Source of the DNA: Eledone cirrhosa
Taxonomy: Eukaryota
DNA: 64,000 bases
Assembly (NCBI GenBank): GCA_964016885.1
Contig: OZ024742.1
Coordinates: 126,914,001 to 126,978,000 of the forward strand
Reading direction: 5' to 3'
This document shows, piece by piece, positions 63,801 through 64,000 of the stretch. The notes beneath the pieces are model-generated. The model saw only the letters and a list, made by a program, of their open reading frames with translations, ran no database searches and was not told where the DNA came from. The position numbers and the translations under genes were made by a program. How positions within the stretch are numbered: the first letter of the stretch is position 1; each line of letters begins with the position of its first letter.

Positions 63801-64000
63801 AATGCAAATGGAATTGAATAATGGAACGTATCTTATTTTTAAATACCGCCATGTTTGTGAATCCTACTCAGTTAGAATGACATTCGCCATTTTTGGTATT
63901 TCTCAACATTCAGCACTTAGATACCTATACTCACAGTCATACGGCAACACACACGTATTCCACTTGCTTCTTAACCGTATCTGTTAGCTGCCAAGGAATC

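Overview
Eukaryotic, AT-rich, apparently gene-free (intergenic or intronic) DNA. The SINE families and giant (TA)n arrays resemble an octopod cephalopod genome (inference from repeat recognition). No host protein-coding gene can be supported; the long Ile/Tyr ORFs are artefacts of (TA)n arrays. Content: kilobase-scale interrupted (TA)n arrays, about 30 tRNA-derived SINE copies (several with clear TSDs), a 5'-truncated R4/Dong-clade LINE inserted in (TAA)n, RTE-clade LINE fragments and short bipartite RTE derivatives, several MITEs and a 46-bp minisatellite. The most striking signal is a set of short, mutually unrelated elements sitting in or against (TA)n tracts that carry type I hammerhead ribozyme (HHR) folds: three with intact cores, one pair with a compensatory U3-A8 core, and U4 variants. 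Several are fold-back inverted duplications pivoting at or near the ribozyme, best read as Penelope-like (PLE) pLTR remnants or retrozyme-like non-autonomous elements. All folds were done by eye and repeat boundaries are approximate.
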